This document shows, piece after piece, positions 34,935-46,400 of a stretch of 64,000 nt of DNA. The stretch is taken from assembly GCA_964019335.1 (NCBI GenBank), contig OZ025713.1:372001-436000 (forward strand), given 5' to 3'. The stretch comes from Diplonema japonicum. Lineage: Eukaryota; Protista; Euglenozoa: Diplonemea. Numbering within the stretch: the stretch's first letter is position 1; each line of letters opens with the position of its first letter. Under the pieces are notes generated by a model. The model made no database searches. It worked only from the letters and a program-made list of their open reading frames with translations, and had not been told where the DNA came from. The translations under genes were made by a program, and so were the position numbers.

Positions 34935-35315
34935 TTCTTCCTCTTTTTTTTTTTTTTTTTTTTTTCTCAATAGATGCAAATGCAACCTCGAACAAAGCAT
35001 GATAACCACATTATTTTTTTTTAGGGGGAATATAACTGTGGAAAAAAGAGAACGAAAAAAGAAAAAGGGGGAACGGAGAAAAAAAAAAGAGGAAACACCT
35101 CCCGAAGGATGATAAGGAAGGCCACATTGAGAAGACTCTTTTCAACAGCCAAAGTACCAAATGGCCCCAAAAAATGAAACGTGAAGAGAATAAAGATAAT
35201 GCCCTTCCCACACTGCAGTTTTTCAATTTCTCGAACGGTCGGGTTTTACAGTAAACTCTCTCTCTCTCTCTCTCTCTCTCTCCCCCCCCCCCCCCCCCAT
35301 CCCCCCCTTTTTTTG

Positions 35316-35435
35316 TGTTTTAACAATATTATTGTCGAGACTAAAAAAAAACTAGTTGATGGCAGCGTAATGAGCCATTTTACTAGGAAAATACCCGCTC
35401 GTGCACATAAAAATCATACAAATGAAGTGCTAAAC
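35316..35435 (+). repeat. Short interspersed ~100-bp repeat, copy 3
   Basis: Matches 8151-8258 (reverse) including aacaatattattgtcgagact, and 12800-12895. Confidence 0.65.
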
Positions 35436-35498
35436 TTTTTTTTTTTTTTTTTTCCCGTCGCCATCCTCATGGGTGCTAAACCCTATTATGACTTTCTT

Positions 35499-36596
35499 TT
35501 ATAGGTTCGTCCCACGTGAGTAACGGTCAGCTTTCTGCAACTTCCTGGAGACCAGCAATGGGATTAGTTTCGTGTTGTTGATGCCAAGCAGTGTGTCCAG
35601 TGTCTGAAGGATGTCCGTGTACATTTCGTTAGTTCGTTTCTTACGGTTCATAGCCTCGACTGCTGAGTGGTTGTCACCATAGAACATGACAATCTTCGGG
35701 CGGAAGATGCGCAAGGCAAAGGCAATCCCCTCTAGCGCAGCGACCAGCTCCTTCAAGTTGGTGTTGGGAGACTTAAGCAACGGTTTCGAGAAGAGGCCTT
35801 GTGATTTTTGTGCATCTTTGTGCTCCACCATAGGAACGAATGCTTCCTCGACCACTGTGCCCCACCCGACCTGAGAAGCATCAGCCCACACAAACACCGT
35901 GTCCACGCATTCTTTCCTTCCCTTCTTCTCGATCATCCTGTCGAGAATACGTTGTTGTATTGACACAATTTCCAGCTCTTCATCCAAGACTTCCACCGTC
36001 TTTCGTTTCATAAGTTTGAGCTTTTTTTTGCCTTTTTTCTGCAGATTCCTGGCAGTTACCTGTTTGAGCGGCTTTGTTTCAGCCGCTTTTCGGAGATCAG
36101 CCAGTTTCCGTGCCTTCTCCTTTGCCTCCTTCTTCTTCAGTCTGGTTTCTGGGTCTGTCATAAAGGTCAGTGGCTTAAATACAGGTATAGATGCCACGTC
36201 GCGGAACGGGCCAAGACTTGCGAGATCTTGTTCGAACTTTTTGGCTTTTCTCTGCAGCTTCTGGGCGGCTTTCTCATTGCTTAGCTGTTTGGCTTTTTTC
36301 AAATTTATCTGTTTGTGTTTCTTTGTTTCCTTGCGCTTTGCTTCGGCCGCTTTTTTGAGTTCAGCGTTCTTGAGTTTCTGCAGTTGGAGTGCCTTTTCTC
36401 TACGCTTTTCCGCTTTTTCTGCCTTCCTCTCCTTCTTACTCTTCCGTTTGAACTCTATGTTTTTCATAAATGTCACTAATTCAACATCTCTGCTGACCGG
36501 CTTAAATACAGGTACAGATGCCACGTCGCGGAAGGGGGTGAGAGGCAACGCACTAGCGCACCGTCTGGGAACACATCGAAGGATCAAACGTGCCAT
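35499..36596 (-). CDS. Presequence-like N-terminus + Lys-rich tract + DIRS/YR-type RNase H domain (paralogue 1)
   Basis: MARLILRCVPRRCASA; duplicated PFRDVAS.PVFKP; RNase H motifs VWADASQVGWG, NLKELVA, YGDN, QKADRYSRG. Confidence 0.85.
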   Translation of the reverse strand: MARLILRCVPRRCASALPLTPFRDVASVPVFKPVSRDVELVTFMKNIEFKRKSKKERKAEKAEKRREKALQLQKLKNAELKKAAEAKRKETKKHKQINLKKAKQLSNEKAAQKLQRKAKKFEQDLASLGPFRDVASIPVFKPLTFMTDPETRLKKKEAKEKARKLADLRKAAETKPLKQVTARNLQKKGKKKLKLMKRKTVEVLDEELEIVSIQQRILDRMIEKKGRKECVDTVFVWADASQVGWGTVVEEAFVPMVEHKDAQKSQGLFSKPLLKSPNTNLKELVAALEGIAFALRIFRPKIVMFYGDNHSAVEAMNRKKRTNEMYTDILQTLDTLLGINNTKLIPLLVSRKLQKADRYSRGTNL

Positions 36597-36871
36597 TTGG
36601 GTCTATATAGATTGGTGCCGAATGCTCTGAGCTATACCATTGGCTTCCTGCAGTGGCTCAGAGGTGGCTTGAAAAGACAAACAAAATTGAACGAAAAGAA
36701 CATTACGCCTCATGTCTATTAAAAACCCGTCGTGGTGGTGTGCCTCCACTAGGAGGACACAAAAACTTGCTATTTTTTTTTCAAAACATGGCTGCACTGA
36801 ACTCGTATCGCGATTCTCTTCAATGATAGAACGCTTGGTCTGTTTTATTAGTATTATTATTGATAATTTGG

Positions 36872-36903
<32 letters not shown>

Positions 36904-37220
36904 GTGCATTTACCGTGAAAGTACAATGCATAAAAGGGAAACTCAAGACCAGTGTTGAAGAAATGGATCATTATGCCTAAAGCTCTCCCTAGCTTCGTAC
37001 CTCAACTCTGCGAAACAAACTGCGGATATGTATCCCTACTAGTCACTTTCTGTGTCCCCCTGCATACGTATTTTAGCTATGTGTAGACACTGCTGTGTAC
37101 ATAAACAACATGCTTGTCTGTCTCGTCGTCACTCGGGTCCTCTTCACAGTGCGATGCTTGAGTGCACGTTTCGTATGGACAGCCAGCTGTCCGTCTTCCT
37201 TTTTCCGTTAAAAAAAAAAA

Positions 37221-38870
37221 GAGACATTTAAGGGTACCTGCGGTATGTGGCAGGACGCCTGAAGAGTCTCAATCTATCTCTTGATCGAACCTTTCTGCTG
37301 TGGTGTGGCCTTCGGCCCCTCGTTCGCCCTCCTCGGTACCTTAGGTATAAAACCCTCAACCGAGTTGGTAAGGACACAATAGTTGTACAGTTGTTTCTCA
37401 AGGATGTGGTGGGTCGCCGGGGAGGCGAATACCGGTCTAGAGGAGTAGCCCCTTATGGAGCCGTTGTAGTAACCCAACGTGCGTAGGGAGTGGACAGAGG
37501 CTACCGAAGCAGCTGGAATGAGGGGCGCTATGCGCTTATTGGTGTGGATGCGTTCTAGTGCCGCTATCACCCGGCCTATGACACGCACGCTCTCCTGGAT
37601 GTCCTCACCCTCTCCACAAGGCGAGAGTCCCTCTGTGGCAATGAAGTCCACGGCCAGCTCAAGCTGGAGACCTGTCCACCTGTTGTGCCCCAGTGAAGGG
37701 CCGAGAGCCATCGGATGACGTGCGGGAATAGCCGCGGGAGGTACTGTTGCCTCAAACCGTTGTCGTAGTACCACCTCAGTGACCGCGGCTTGAGCAAACT
37801 CCCCTTCTCGAAGGGCCTGTCACAAGTGAACACTGAAGTCCACTGTCTTCTTTCGTGCAAAGGCGAGTTGCAAGTTACCAGTAATCTCCGCCATCATTAG
37901 CTGTAACTCAGCTGTTTCCAGCACGAGTCCCCCCGTCGCAATGCCATGCAGTTGTGTGCACTGGGGCCACTGGTTACGTTGTGCGCATAGTGCCGCCCGC
38001 TTCTCGGATGCTGTCCTGATGTGCTCGTGTGCCTGACAGTCCCAGAGGGTGTGCTCCAGGAGCCTTGATGTGTGTTGCGAAACGTTGAAAGTAGCATCGC
38101 ATCCCATGCATTTCGTCCGCCCCCCGACCGTGTCATTGATGACCTTGGGGTGGAATGGGAAAACGGCCCCCACTATCACCTGTAGCACCCTTCGAGCTTC
38201 GGGCGGATTGCGAGTCGCCAGGTGTAAGTGTAGCCCGTTGGTGGCCTTCTCGTCGATGTTGCCCGTCCCCTGAAAGGAGGGTCTGCTCTCTTCTAGGGCC
38301 GTTCGCAGGTGGGCCTTCAGGAGCTTCCTGACCTCGTGCTTCAGGGCCCTTGGCTCCAGGGGTACCCATTGCCACGCAAACTGTGCCCAGCTGTACCCCA
38401 GTTCCCCCAACAGTTCGTGGGTCTGTCCGAGCATCCCGCAAGGGCCGAGGGGGCTCCCGCCCCGGGCGGCTTCCTTGTACTTGTCCCTGCACGTCTTAAC
38501 GAGTGCCCTGGACCCTTCGTCGCTCTGCATCATTCGCGCAAACGTCGTGATTCTGCGGTATGCGGCTGCTGAATAAGGGTCCAGCCTGTGACCTTTGAAA
38601 GCCACCCCAAGGAGGGCTCCCGATGAGCGAGTCGGGTTGTGTGGGCCCCATATGGGAGAGGTAATTTTCTTCCTGAGGGAGTCCAGAAGCGAGTCCGTGG
38701 GCGGTGTGTAGAGCACTCCATAGAGCGCCGCTGGGAGGATGCAGTCCTCTATCAGTAGAGCCTTACGCGATCTCGTGATGTGGGTTACCGCGAGCCTGTC
38801 GACCGCATCCAGCGCCGTGGCAAACCTAGTGTTCTTCGTTTGGGTGGGCTGCAAGCACACTGTGCACCCC
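37221..38870 (-). mobile_element. 5'-truncated non-LTR retrotransposon (RT thumb + C-terminal zinc knuckle + 3' UTR)
   Basis: LIEDCILPAALYG..LDSLRKKI (post-RT thumb) and C..C..LEHTLWDC..H..IR (CCHC-like). No RT catalytic core. Confidence 0.75.
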
Positions 38871-39232
38871 AGCATAGTAATGCTTTTCACTGTTTCAAAT
38901 ACGGTGTCCCTCATTGCCAGCTTGCCTCTGTATCCCTTCTTTTCCCCGGGTCTAAAAAAAAGCAAGTAAAAGAAAAGAAAGAATAAGATATTTGTACACA
39001 CCTGAGCACCTTCCCATACATGAAGTAAAATGCCTGTTGGACCCTCAAAAAAAAAAAAATAGCCAAATCGCCTTTTTCTAGTTTGGCATCGTCATCAGAC
39101 TGATACTAAAATTCTTCATTCTTTTTTTTTTATTATTATCTCCCCCCCTCTTTTTTTTTTTCTCAGAGAAGTTGTAATCGTTTCATATTATATAATCCCC
39201 CCTAAACCCCTACCGACCCCTTACCCCAGGTT

Positions 39233-41224
39233 TCACACATAAACTCCACCTACTGAACATCCTATGTTTTTCCCTCTTGTGAAGGTGTCGGCTTTCTGAT
39301 GCTTGGAGGGCACCCATTTTATCGTGAGCCTGGTATTGGCGACTTCAAGCAGGCGGGTTATTGACTGCATAATGTAATCCACTGGTTGGTGCACCACCGA
39401 TTTAGTACCGCGGATGAGCTTGACGACTGACATGTTGTCTACTCGGAGGGTGATGGCCCTTGGGTTGCAGGTGCGTATAGCAAAGATGATGCCCTCCCTT
39501 GCAGCGAGCAATTCCTTCAAGAAGATGTCACTAGACTCGGATAGCAGCTGGGAGAAGGTCCCTTGTGCCACATGGGGCTTCGGCAACTCGAGCAGTACTC
39601 CCCAGCCCAAGTGAGAGGCATCCGTCCACACCTCCAGTTCATCGGGATGCCTCTCTACCTCCGTCATCGGCTCGTCCTGGATATCTTGCAGCACTGACAT
39701 AGCAGTCAAGGTCAGTTGCTCATATTCTTCTGCTGTCAGCCTTCTCTGCACGGGAGGTGTTTTTTTCTTTTTTGTTGGTGGTACTTTTGCAGTGGCATAT
39801 TCCACTACAAAGGATACTACGTCTGGCGAAAAATTTAGCAGAGCGTTTTTCACAGATTGCACGTCATTGTTTGTAAAGACCTTCCGTGTTACGTCATCTT
39901 TCTTTGACTTGTTCTGAACTTGGTTACCAGCTTGTCCATCAGTTTTCGCCAGTATTTGCAGCTTCCTCAGAGATCGGATTTGAGCTTTTGGCAGAGCTTT
40001 CTGAGAGCTCAGGCTTTGTTTTTTTTTAGGCTTCAAACTCAGAACTTCGAGTCGTTTATCCAGAATATATTTAACAGTGTTTGCCTGGTCCCTAAGAGCT
40101 GCTTGTTCCTTCGGTTTAGGTTCTTCTTGGGCTTGCTGTTGTTCCAGATCTGTTGCCTGTTGCATTGCAGCTTTTTTCAGGGTATTCCTCAAATATTTTT
40201 CAGTGGTTCGTTGTGCTTTCTTCAGAGATAGCTGTTTCTTCTGAGTTGCCCGTTTCTTCAGAGCTGCCTGTTTCTTCAGAGCTGCCTGTTTCTTCTGCGT
40301 TGCCTGTTTCTTCTGAGTTGCCCGTTTCTTCTGAGCTTTTGACTGTTTTAATTTAGCTACTTTCTTCCGCAGAGCTTTTGCTGCAGTCTTCGCGGCTTGT
40401 TGTTTTTTAGCTTGTTTCTGTAATTTCAGAGCTTTTGCCTGTTTCTGCTTAATTAGAGCTTTCTTTTGTTTCTGTGTCATTGTGGCTTGTTTCTGTGATT
40501 TCTTCTGAGCTTTTGCCTGTTTCTGCTTAATTAGAGCTTTCTTTTGTTTCTGTGTCTTTGCGGCTTGTTTCTGTGATTTCTTCTGAGCTTTTGCCTGTTT
40601 CTTCATTTCAGCTTTTTTCCGAGTTTGCAGTTCCTCAAGTCGTTTTTTAGCTTCTGCCCGTTTCTTCAGGGCTCGACTTTCTTGTTTATTCAGAACTTGC
40701 GCCTGTTTCTTCCGGGCTTGTCCTTCAGTGTCTTCTAGTACGTTCAGTTGTTCTTTTGGAGCTTTTTTTCGGGCTTGTTGTTGGTTTGTCTGTTGCCTAG
40801 CTTTTTCCAGGGCTTGCTGGTTCTCCGTGGCTTTTGCTAACTGCCGTACTTCTTGTGCTATGGCCTGCGCCCGATCAGTTCTCTTTTGAGCCACACTTTC
40901 AGCTGACACAACTTGTTTCCGTAGTTCAGTCGGATTTGTTTGATCATTTTCTTTCCGTTTTCCAGCCATCACCGGCACTTGGTACACAACGTGCCTCTTT
41001 AGAGGTTGTTGTGCAACTTTTGCCAGTGCATCTTGCAGAGATAGGTTTCCAACTTTCGCCTTCTTTGGAGCTCCTTCAAGGTGCTTGGACAGCCGGGGTT
41101 GTAGACTATGAGTCACTTTTAATGACTCAGCCCTCGTGACCATAGCCGGTTGCTGTTGTTGTACAGGAACCTCAGGTGCCATCGGGGGCCGCCTGGGAAC
41201 ACATCGAAGGATCACCCGTGCCAT
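39233..41224 (-). CDS. Presequence-like N-terminus + long K/Q/A-rich repetitive tract + DIRS/YR-type RNase H domain (paralogue 2)
   Basis: MARVILRCVPRRP (ATG 41224); QKKQA/KQAKAQKK repeats; VWTDASHLGWG, FLKELLA, RVDN, WVPSKHQKADTFTRG. Confidence 0.85.
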   Translation of the reverse strand: MARVILRCVPRRPPMAPEVPVQQQQPAMVTRAESLKVTHSLQPRLSKHLEGAPKKAKVGNLSLQDALAKVAQQPLKRHVVYQVPVMAGKRKENDQTNPTELRKQVVSAESVAQKRTDRAQAIAQEVRQLAKATENQQALEKARQQTNQQQARKKAPKEQLNVLEDTEGQARKKQAQVLNKQESRALKKRAEAKKRLEELQTRKKAEMKKQAKAQKKSQKQAAKTQKQKKALIKQKQAKAQKKSQKQATMTQKQKKALIKQKQAKALKLQKQAKKQQAAKTAAKALRKKVAKLKQSKAQKKRATQKKQATQKKQAALKKQAALKKRATQKKQLSLKKAQRTTEKYLRNTLKKAAMQQATDLEQQQAQEEPKPKEQAALRDQANTVKYILDKRLEVLSLKPKKKQSLSSQKALPKAQIRSLRKLQILAKTDGQAGNQVQNKSKKDDVTRKVFTNNDVQSVKNALLNFSPDVVSFVVEYATAKVPPTKKKKTPPVQRRLTAEEYEQLTLTAMSVLQDIQDEPMTEVERHPDELEVWTDASHLGWGVLLELPKPHVAQGTFSQLLSESSDIFLKELLAAREGIIFAIRTCNPRAITLRVDNMSVVKLIRGTKSVVHQPVDYIMQSITRLLEVANTRLTIKWVPSKHQKADTFTRGKNIGCSVGGVYV

Positions 41225-41531
41225 CTTGGTAGTCCTGTGAATGTGAATAGGCTTTGACAAGTGCTGAATGAAATATGGCAATTAGCATACTGCACTTGGT
41301 TTGACCTGCTCCATGGAAACAAAGCAGATTCCCGTTTGCTGAGGGCATGTGTCTGAGGTATGGTTCGAAGGTGTTCGAGGCAAGAGGCAGAATAAAGACA
41401 AATAAGATGGAAGATACTAAAAGTGAAGGGCAAAAGAGGAAGAAAAAAGGCCTAAAGTGAAAGAAAGAGATAACCCAGGGGAGGATTCCTGGACACCCAC
41501 ACCCAACTCATTTACTTCACTTAACTTCACT

Positions 41532-42449
41532 TCACTTCACCACTTCCGTCGAATCAGTTAAAGTGCTCAATCGCTGCTTGAAGGGGGGCATCCACTCCAC
41601 CGTAAGGTCGGTATCGTTGATGCTCAACATGTGAAATATACTCTTTATTATAAGGTTCGCCAGTTTGCTGTGTGCAGAACCCCTGCGAATGTCAGTGATG
41701 GCAGCCGCACCTGGGATGAAGAGGGTGATGGCCTTCGGGTGGTGGGCACGTATAGCAAAAGCAATACTCTCCTTTGCAGCAAGTAGTTCCTTTACATAAA
41801 TATCATCTGACTCAGAGAGTAGGCCTGAGAACTTCCCTTGTACCACACGGGGCTTGTGTGCTTCGTGTCCAGGCAGCTCAAGCACCGTCTCCCAGCTGTT
41901 CAAACGAGTATGTGTCCACACCACTGCCAGCCTTGTGCCAGTAACGTTCAACTGTGTCACTTGCTTACCACGTCGAAGCATTACTAGAGCGGATTTTGCC
42001 TTGTGAGCCAGCTCTTTGTACTCGTGTTTTTTTAGCTTTCTGAAGCCTTGTTTCTTCTTTAATCGTGGCCAAGCCTTTCTAGCGTTCAGGGAACCGGGTT
42101 TTAAATTGTAACACCGCAGCACATGCCAGGTTGGCATGAGCCTCCTGTAGCCCCGCCCACTCTGTGGCCGTACCCCAACAACAAGCTGCTGCAGGCGCCG
42201 TTTCCATGCCCTCTTCGGGGCCTTTTTTCCCTTCATGAACAGCATGGTGACTGGGTGCTCAGACAGTGGTCGGGAGCGGGTGCGGCGGTATGCACGGAGC
42301 CTAGCTACACGTAGGGTGTCCACATTGAGAAGGGGTGTGGACGCGGTTTCAGGTGCAGCTGCATCCCGCTCCTCCAGAGCAAGAGGAGGCTCGGGTTCAA
42401 TGGCCTTTGGCTTTCTAGGTAACCGCCTTGTCGAAAGGTATCGAAGCAT
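41532..42449 (-). CDS. Presequence-like N-terminus + Arg/Lys-rich region + catalytically degenerate RNase H domain (paralogue 3)
   Basis: MLRYLSTRRLPRK (ATG 42449); aligns to paralogue 2 (LELP..KP.V.QG.FS.LLSES.DI..KELLAA.E.I.FAIR...P.AITL) but WTD>WTH, VDN>IPG, KAD>RLS. Confidence 0.75.
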   Translation of the reverse strand: MLRYLSTRRLPRKPKAIEPEPPLALEERDAAAPETASTPLLNVDTLRVARLRAYRRTRSRPLSEHPVTMLFMKGKKAPKRAWKRRLQQLVVGVRPQSGRGYRRLMPTWHVLRCYNLKPGSLNARKAWPRLKKKQGFRKLKKHEYKELAHKAKSALVMLRRGKQVTQLNVTGTRLAVVWTHTRLNSWETVLELPGHEAHKPRVVQGKFSGLLSESDDIYVKELLAAKESIAFAIRAHHPKAITLFIPGAAAITDIRRGSAHSKLANLIIKSIFHMLSINDTDLTVEWMPPFKQRLSTLTDSTEVVK

Positions 42450-42952
42450 AACTCTTGTCAGCTTGGGGCATCCTGTCAGGTTGTGAATACGTTTTACACA
42501 AGAGAGTAAAGGGAGGGTTTCACCCAAAGTCAGATTGTAGTAAAATCAAAGCAGCGTTTTTAGGGGATAAGAAATAATATGAGAAAATATAAGAGCTAAA
42601 AGAAGCTGGTGTTGGTGGTGCCCTACACAAAACTGTCTGCTTGATTACAGTGGGCACACTGCAGCCGAGTTGTAGCTTCTTCTATGTTCTGCACTGTGTC
42701 CTTAATGCATGCAGTGTAAGTTCAACCCCAGCTACCCAGGTCGACCCAGGTAACCAAGATTCGGCACTTGTGCAGTTTACTCTGTATGTGTGAAAAAAAA
42801 AAAAAAAAAAAAAAAAAAAAGTGGGGATTGGTTTTTTTACACAGATTAACAAAAAAAAGGGGGGGGTTAAAACCCAACTCACAGCCTTCACGTGGCACCT
42901 CCTGTAAGTAAGCTTTGGCTGAAACCAATGTGAGCTATGGTAAACAAAAAAA

Positions 42953-42953
42953 A

Positions 42954-43011
<58 letters not shown>
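42953..43011. repeat. (TAA)n microsatellite
   Basis: Direct inspection. Confidence 0.95.
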
Positions 43012-43012
<1 letters not shown>

Positions 43013-43270
43013 ACAAGGGTGAGAGGGTAGGTTTTAAATGATGAGAAGAGTTAACAGAAGGAAGCCAAAGAGAGCAGTAGTGAAAAAGTGAATTGACAAG
43101 GGGGGAAAGAGGGAGGAGAAGCAGACGAAAGGGAAAAGAAACATGCAAGAGTGACACGGGGGTAGGGAACAAGCCCTCCAAGCCAATCCCAAAGCATGGA
43201 ATAACCCTACACTGCAGATCCAAGCTTGAGTACCACCCAACATCAACACTTAGGCACTGCCAAGGCAGAC

Positions 43271-43401
43271 CAGGTGTTGGTCAGTCCCATCCCATCCCCT
43301 AAAACGGAATACAGGCCTGGATGGGAGGACTCGATGGGACTCATGGGACTCTCCCCAACACTGTCATTATTTTTGATTTATTTAAAAAAAGATAGTTTTG
43401 C

Positions 43402-43436
<35 letters not shown>

Positions 43437-46400
43437 CCCTTTGGAAAAAAAAAAAAAAAATGGGGGAAAAAAAAAAGAGAAAAAAATCCTTGATTTTTTT
43501 TGACATACATGATGTGCTTACCTTTTTTTTTTTTTTTTCCTTCTTTTTTTCTTGTCTTCTCACATTTTTTCGCACACCTAAGCCAAGCTGTTGTTTCTGC
43601 TTTCCACATCAAATGTTGTATTTGGATGTAATAGAAAAGAGGGGAAATAATAAATAATATGTACAAGAGGAGGGTGTGTATGTTTATACAACCTGTGTAA
43701 ACAGACTGGTTTCTTGCTTTCAGCACTGCGCCCCTAATGTTCAATGTACAGCTCAACCCCTGCATCACACCCATATGCCTGTTTGTTGCACATATTTTCA
43801 TGTTATCCCCACCCCACCTGAAAATAATATATAGGATCTCAGCAGCCACCACCACGTGTGTGCACCCACCAACCTCAGTCCATCACACATTTCTTTTCGC
43901 TGTCAAAAGGTATGTACCCCTTGTTGGGTAAAGGGGTTGGCGATTAAGGGTGTTGCTTGGGTTCTCGGGTGGGTCATCTCACGATTCTTGTTCATAACGA
44001 ACTCATCTTTCGCCTTTTACTAAAGATGACCGTGGACATGGATCACTAAGTGATAACGTAATTTTTATAAAGGTCCAGCACCTTTCTTTTTTTTTTTGCA
44101 CAGAAGACACCTTCACCTTAAGTAAGGAGAGGAATGTGTTAACCCTTCACGAACGCCTCGTGGCTGTACCCCCGGGTTCCCCTGTCGGCATCTTTTCTTT
44201 TCCTTTTTTATTCTCGAGGGGGGTGAGGATATTTGTACCGCACACTGTGTTTCAAAAGTAAATAGCGATTTGAAAACTAAAAGGTGAAAAAACAACAAGG
44301 TGTGCTGATGCACGCTCAGCCCGCCTCTTCGCACGTCCCAGAGCACATTCCTCTCCTTGTCATGTCCTCGTTGAATAATCGAAGATTACTAATCGTGTTA
44401 TTGTGTTTAAGACAGACATTCGGGTACATATCCATCTTATACTGGATTCTAAGGTTTTCGGGGGTGAGAAACTGAACAAGGTTTCGACTTTAGACAACAA
44501 GGGAAATCTCCTACCCCAAAAAGCAAAAATGGATCACTCAAGGCTATTCGAGATAAAAAATTAAAAAAAAAAAGAAAGATAAAAATAGAAAAAAGAAGCT
44601 CCCAAGAAGGGCAGTTAAAGCGCAGCACTCGGCACGGTTCTGGGCTTCCCCTTGCGGTAGCTGCACACAGACTGTCGCTGTGAGGTGGCCTTGATTGCTT
44701 AACCAATGGAAACTAGCGAGATTTTTTTTCTTTTTTTCTTTTTTAAACCAATGGGGGCGGGGTGGGGCGATTTTTTTCTATGTAAGGTACAACAGAAAAC
44801 AAAGGAAAGCTGTTCCAAATAGCTCAGGAACACTGCGTTGCGGTCAGGAATTAACCTTTTAAGGTTCCTGCATGACTGCAGCACAACGAGTATCCCGGTT
44901 CTATTCTAGTTGCAGCAAGAGCAAACTACCGTCAATCTTGAACTTGCTAGGGGGTCAAACGATTGGGCTACTTTAAAGCGATGGTTGCAAAGCGGCTTTA
45001 CTGTTTTTGTTTTTTAAAAAGCTTCATGAAGGGTGGTGGACATTCTGACACAGGTGAACCTGGCAACCCCGTAGGGTTCCTTCATAGGTCTTTGCCGTGA
45101 GGTGGCTGTCTTCTGTTTTATGAGATCGACATTAAGCGAGATAAAAAGTTATTTTTTTTAAATTTAAGTGCAGGGCAAAATAGCAGGGAATACTGCATGG
45201 CACCACAGGGAATCAAACAGCCATGTATCTGTTCTTATCTTATATCTGATACAGCACCTCGTTATTTGTACCACGCGCACTGTGTTTTGAAATAAGATAA
45301 ATAAGGTTTTGAAAACTAAAAAGGGTGTAAAAACAGCAAAGTGTGCTGATGCACGCTCACAGTGCGTCATCCGCCCACCTCTTCGCACGTTCCAGAGCAC
45401 ATACCTTCAGTAATTGGAGATTACTTATCATTTTGTCGTTGGGGGTAGCTCAGGGCAATCTGAATCTAGGTGAGGTGTTGCCCTGGAGCTGCACAACATC
45501 CGGGAGTTTTTTTTAATCCATGATGTTCGTGCAGCGGAATTGTATTTTGCATCTGGTGAGGAAGAAGAGGAAGCTTCACAGAGCTACAGGAATATGTGAG
45601 TGGGTGTCCTTGATTCACTGTGCGTACGACGCAAGGCCACTGTCCCACGAAACTCCTTCAACAAGTCTGGCCTTGTGAAGCTGCTAAAAGAAAAGGGAGA
45701 GAAGGAGAAGGCCGTTGATACGTTCGGACGGGATGCACGTGCAGAACCTACCCGGGTCGCTGAGGACAAGTCAAGGACACGATGGATCCTACTGGACGGA
45801 ATCTGTGGGAGGAAAGAAAAGGAAGATGGAAATTCTTTTCTCACCTAAAGGCTGCGATTGGCGGACAGGGTATACCAGACGGTTTCTTCGTTCTTTCTGA
45901 CAGACAGAAGGGGCTGGAGGAGGGTGATAAAAGAAGAAGTCCCCCTGTCATGTGGGCAGATGCATGTATGGCATTTCTTCAAGTAATTTTGTTGAAGCTT
46001 AAGAGCAGCAACTGCAAGAAGTGTAAGTGGCACAATGGCTGCGACACTGTGTATCGGATCGATTCCGAGTAGATTGCTTTTTCAGTTTTGGACAAACGTG
46101 TTTCTCAATACCCCTCTTGGTGAAACTGACAGAGGTATGGGTGCCAAACCAACATGCTTCATCATCTTAGCAGATTTAAACTCAACACTGAAGTTAAAAC
46201 TCATCATCCACCAACTTTACAGGTTTCTTGTAAAATTGTTGCTTCAACAAATGTGGGTGGGACTTGAGGGAACACCTTTGAGTTGCGCCTCGTTTTGAGG
46301 AACACAACCCGCTTTCACGGACAAATGTGTCCCAGTAAAGCAAGTTAAATGTAATCTCTTGACAAGATTGACAACGACCCGATTTGACAGCCAAACGCAC

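Noticed and set aside
35499-42449. RNase H ORFs as parts of intact DIRS elements or of the LINE at 37.2-38.9 kb
   Set aside because: No in-frame RT, YR or terminal repeats. The LINE fragment is a separate truncated insertion between paralogues.
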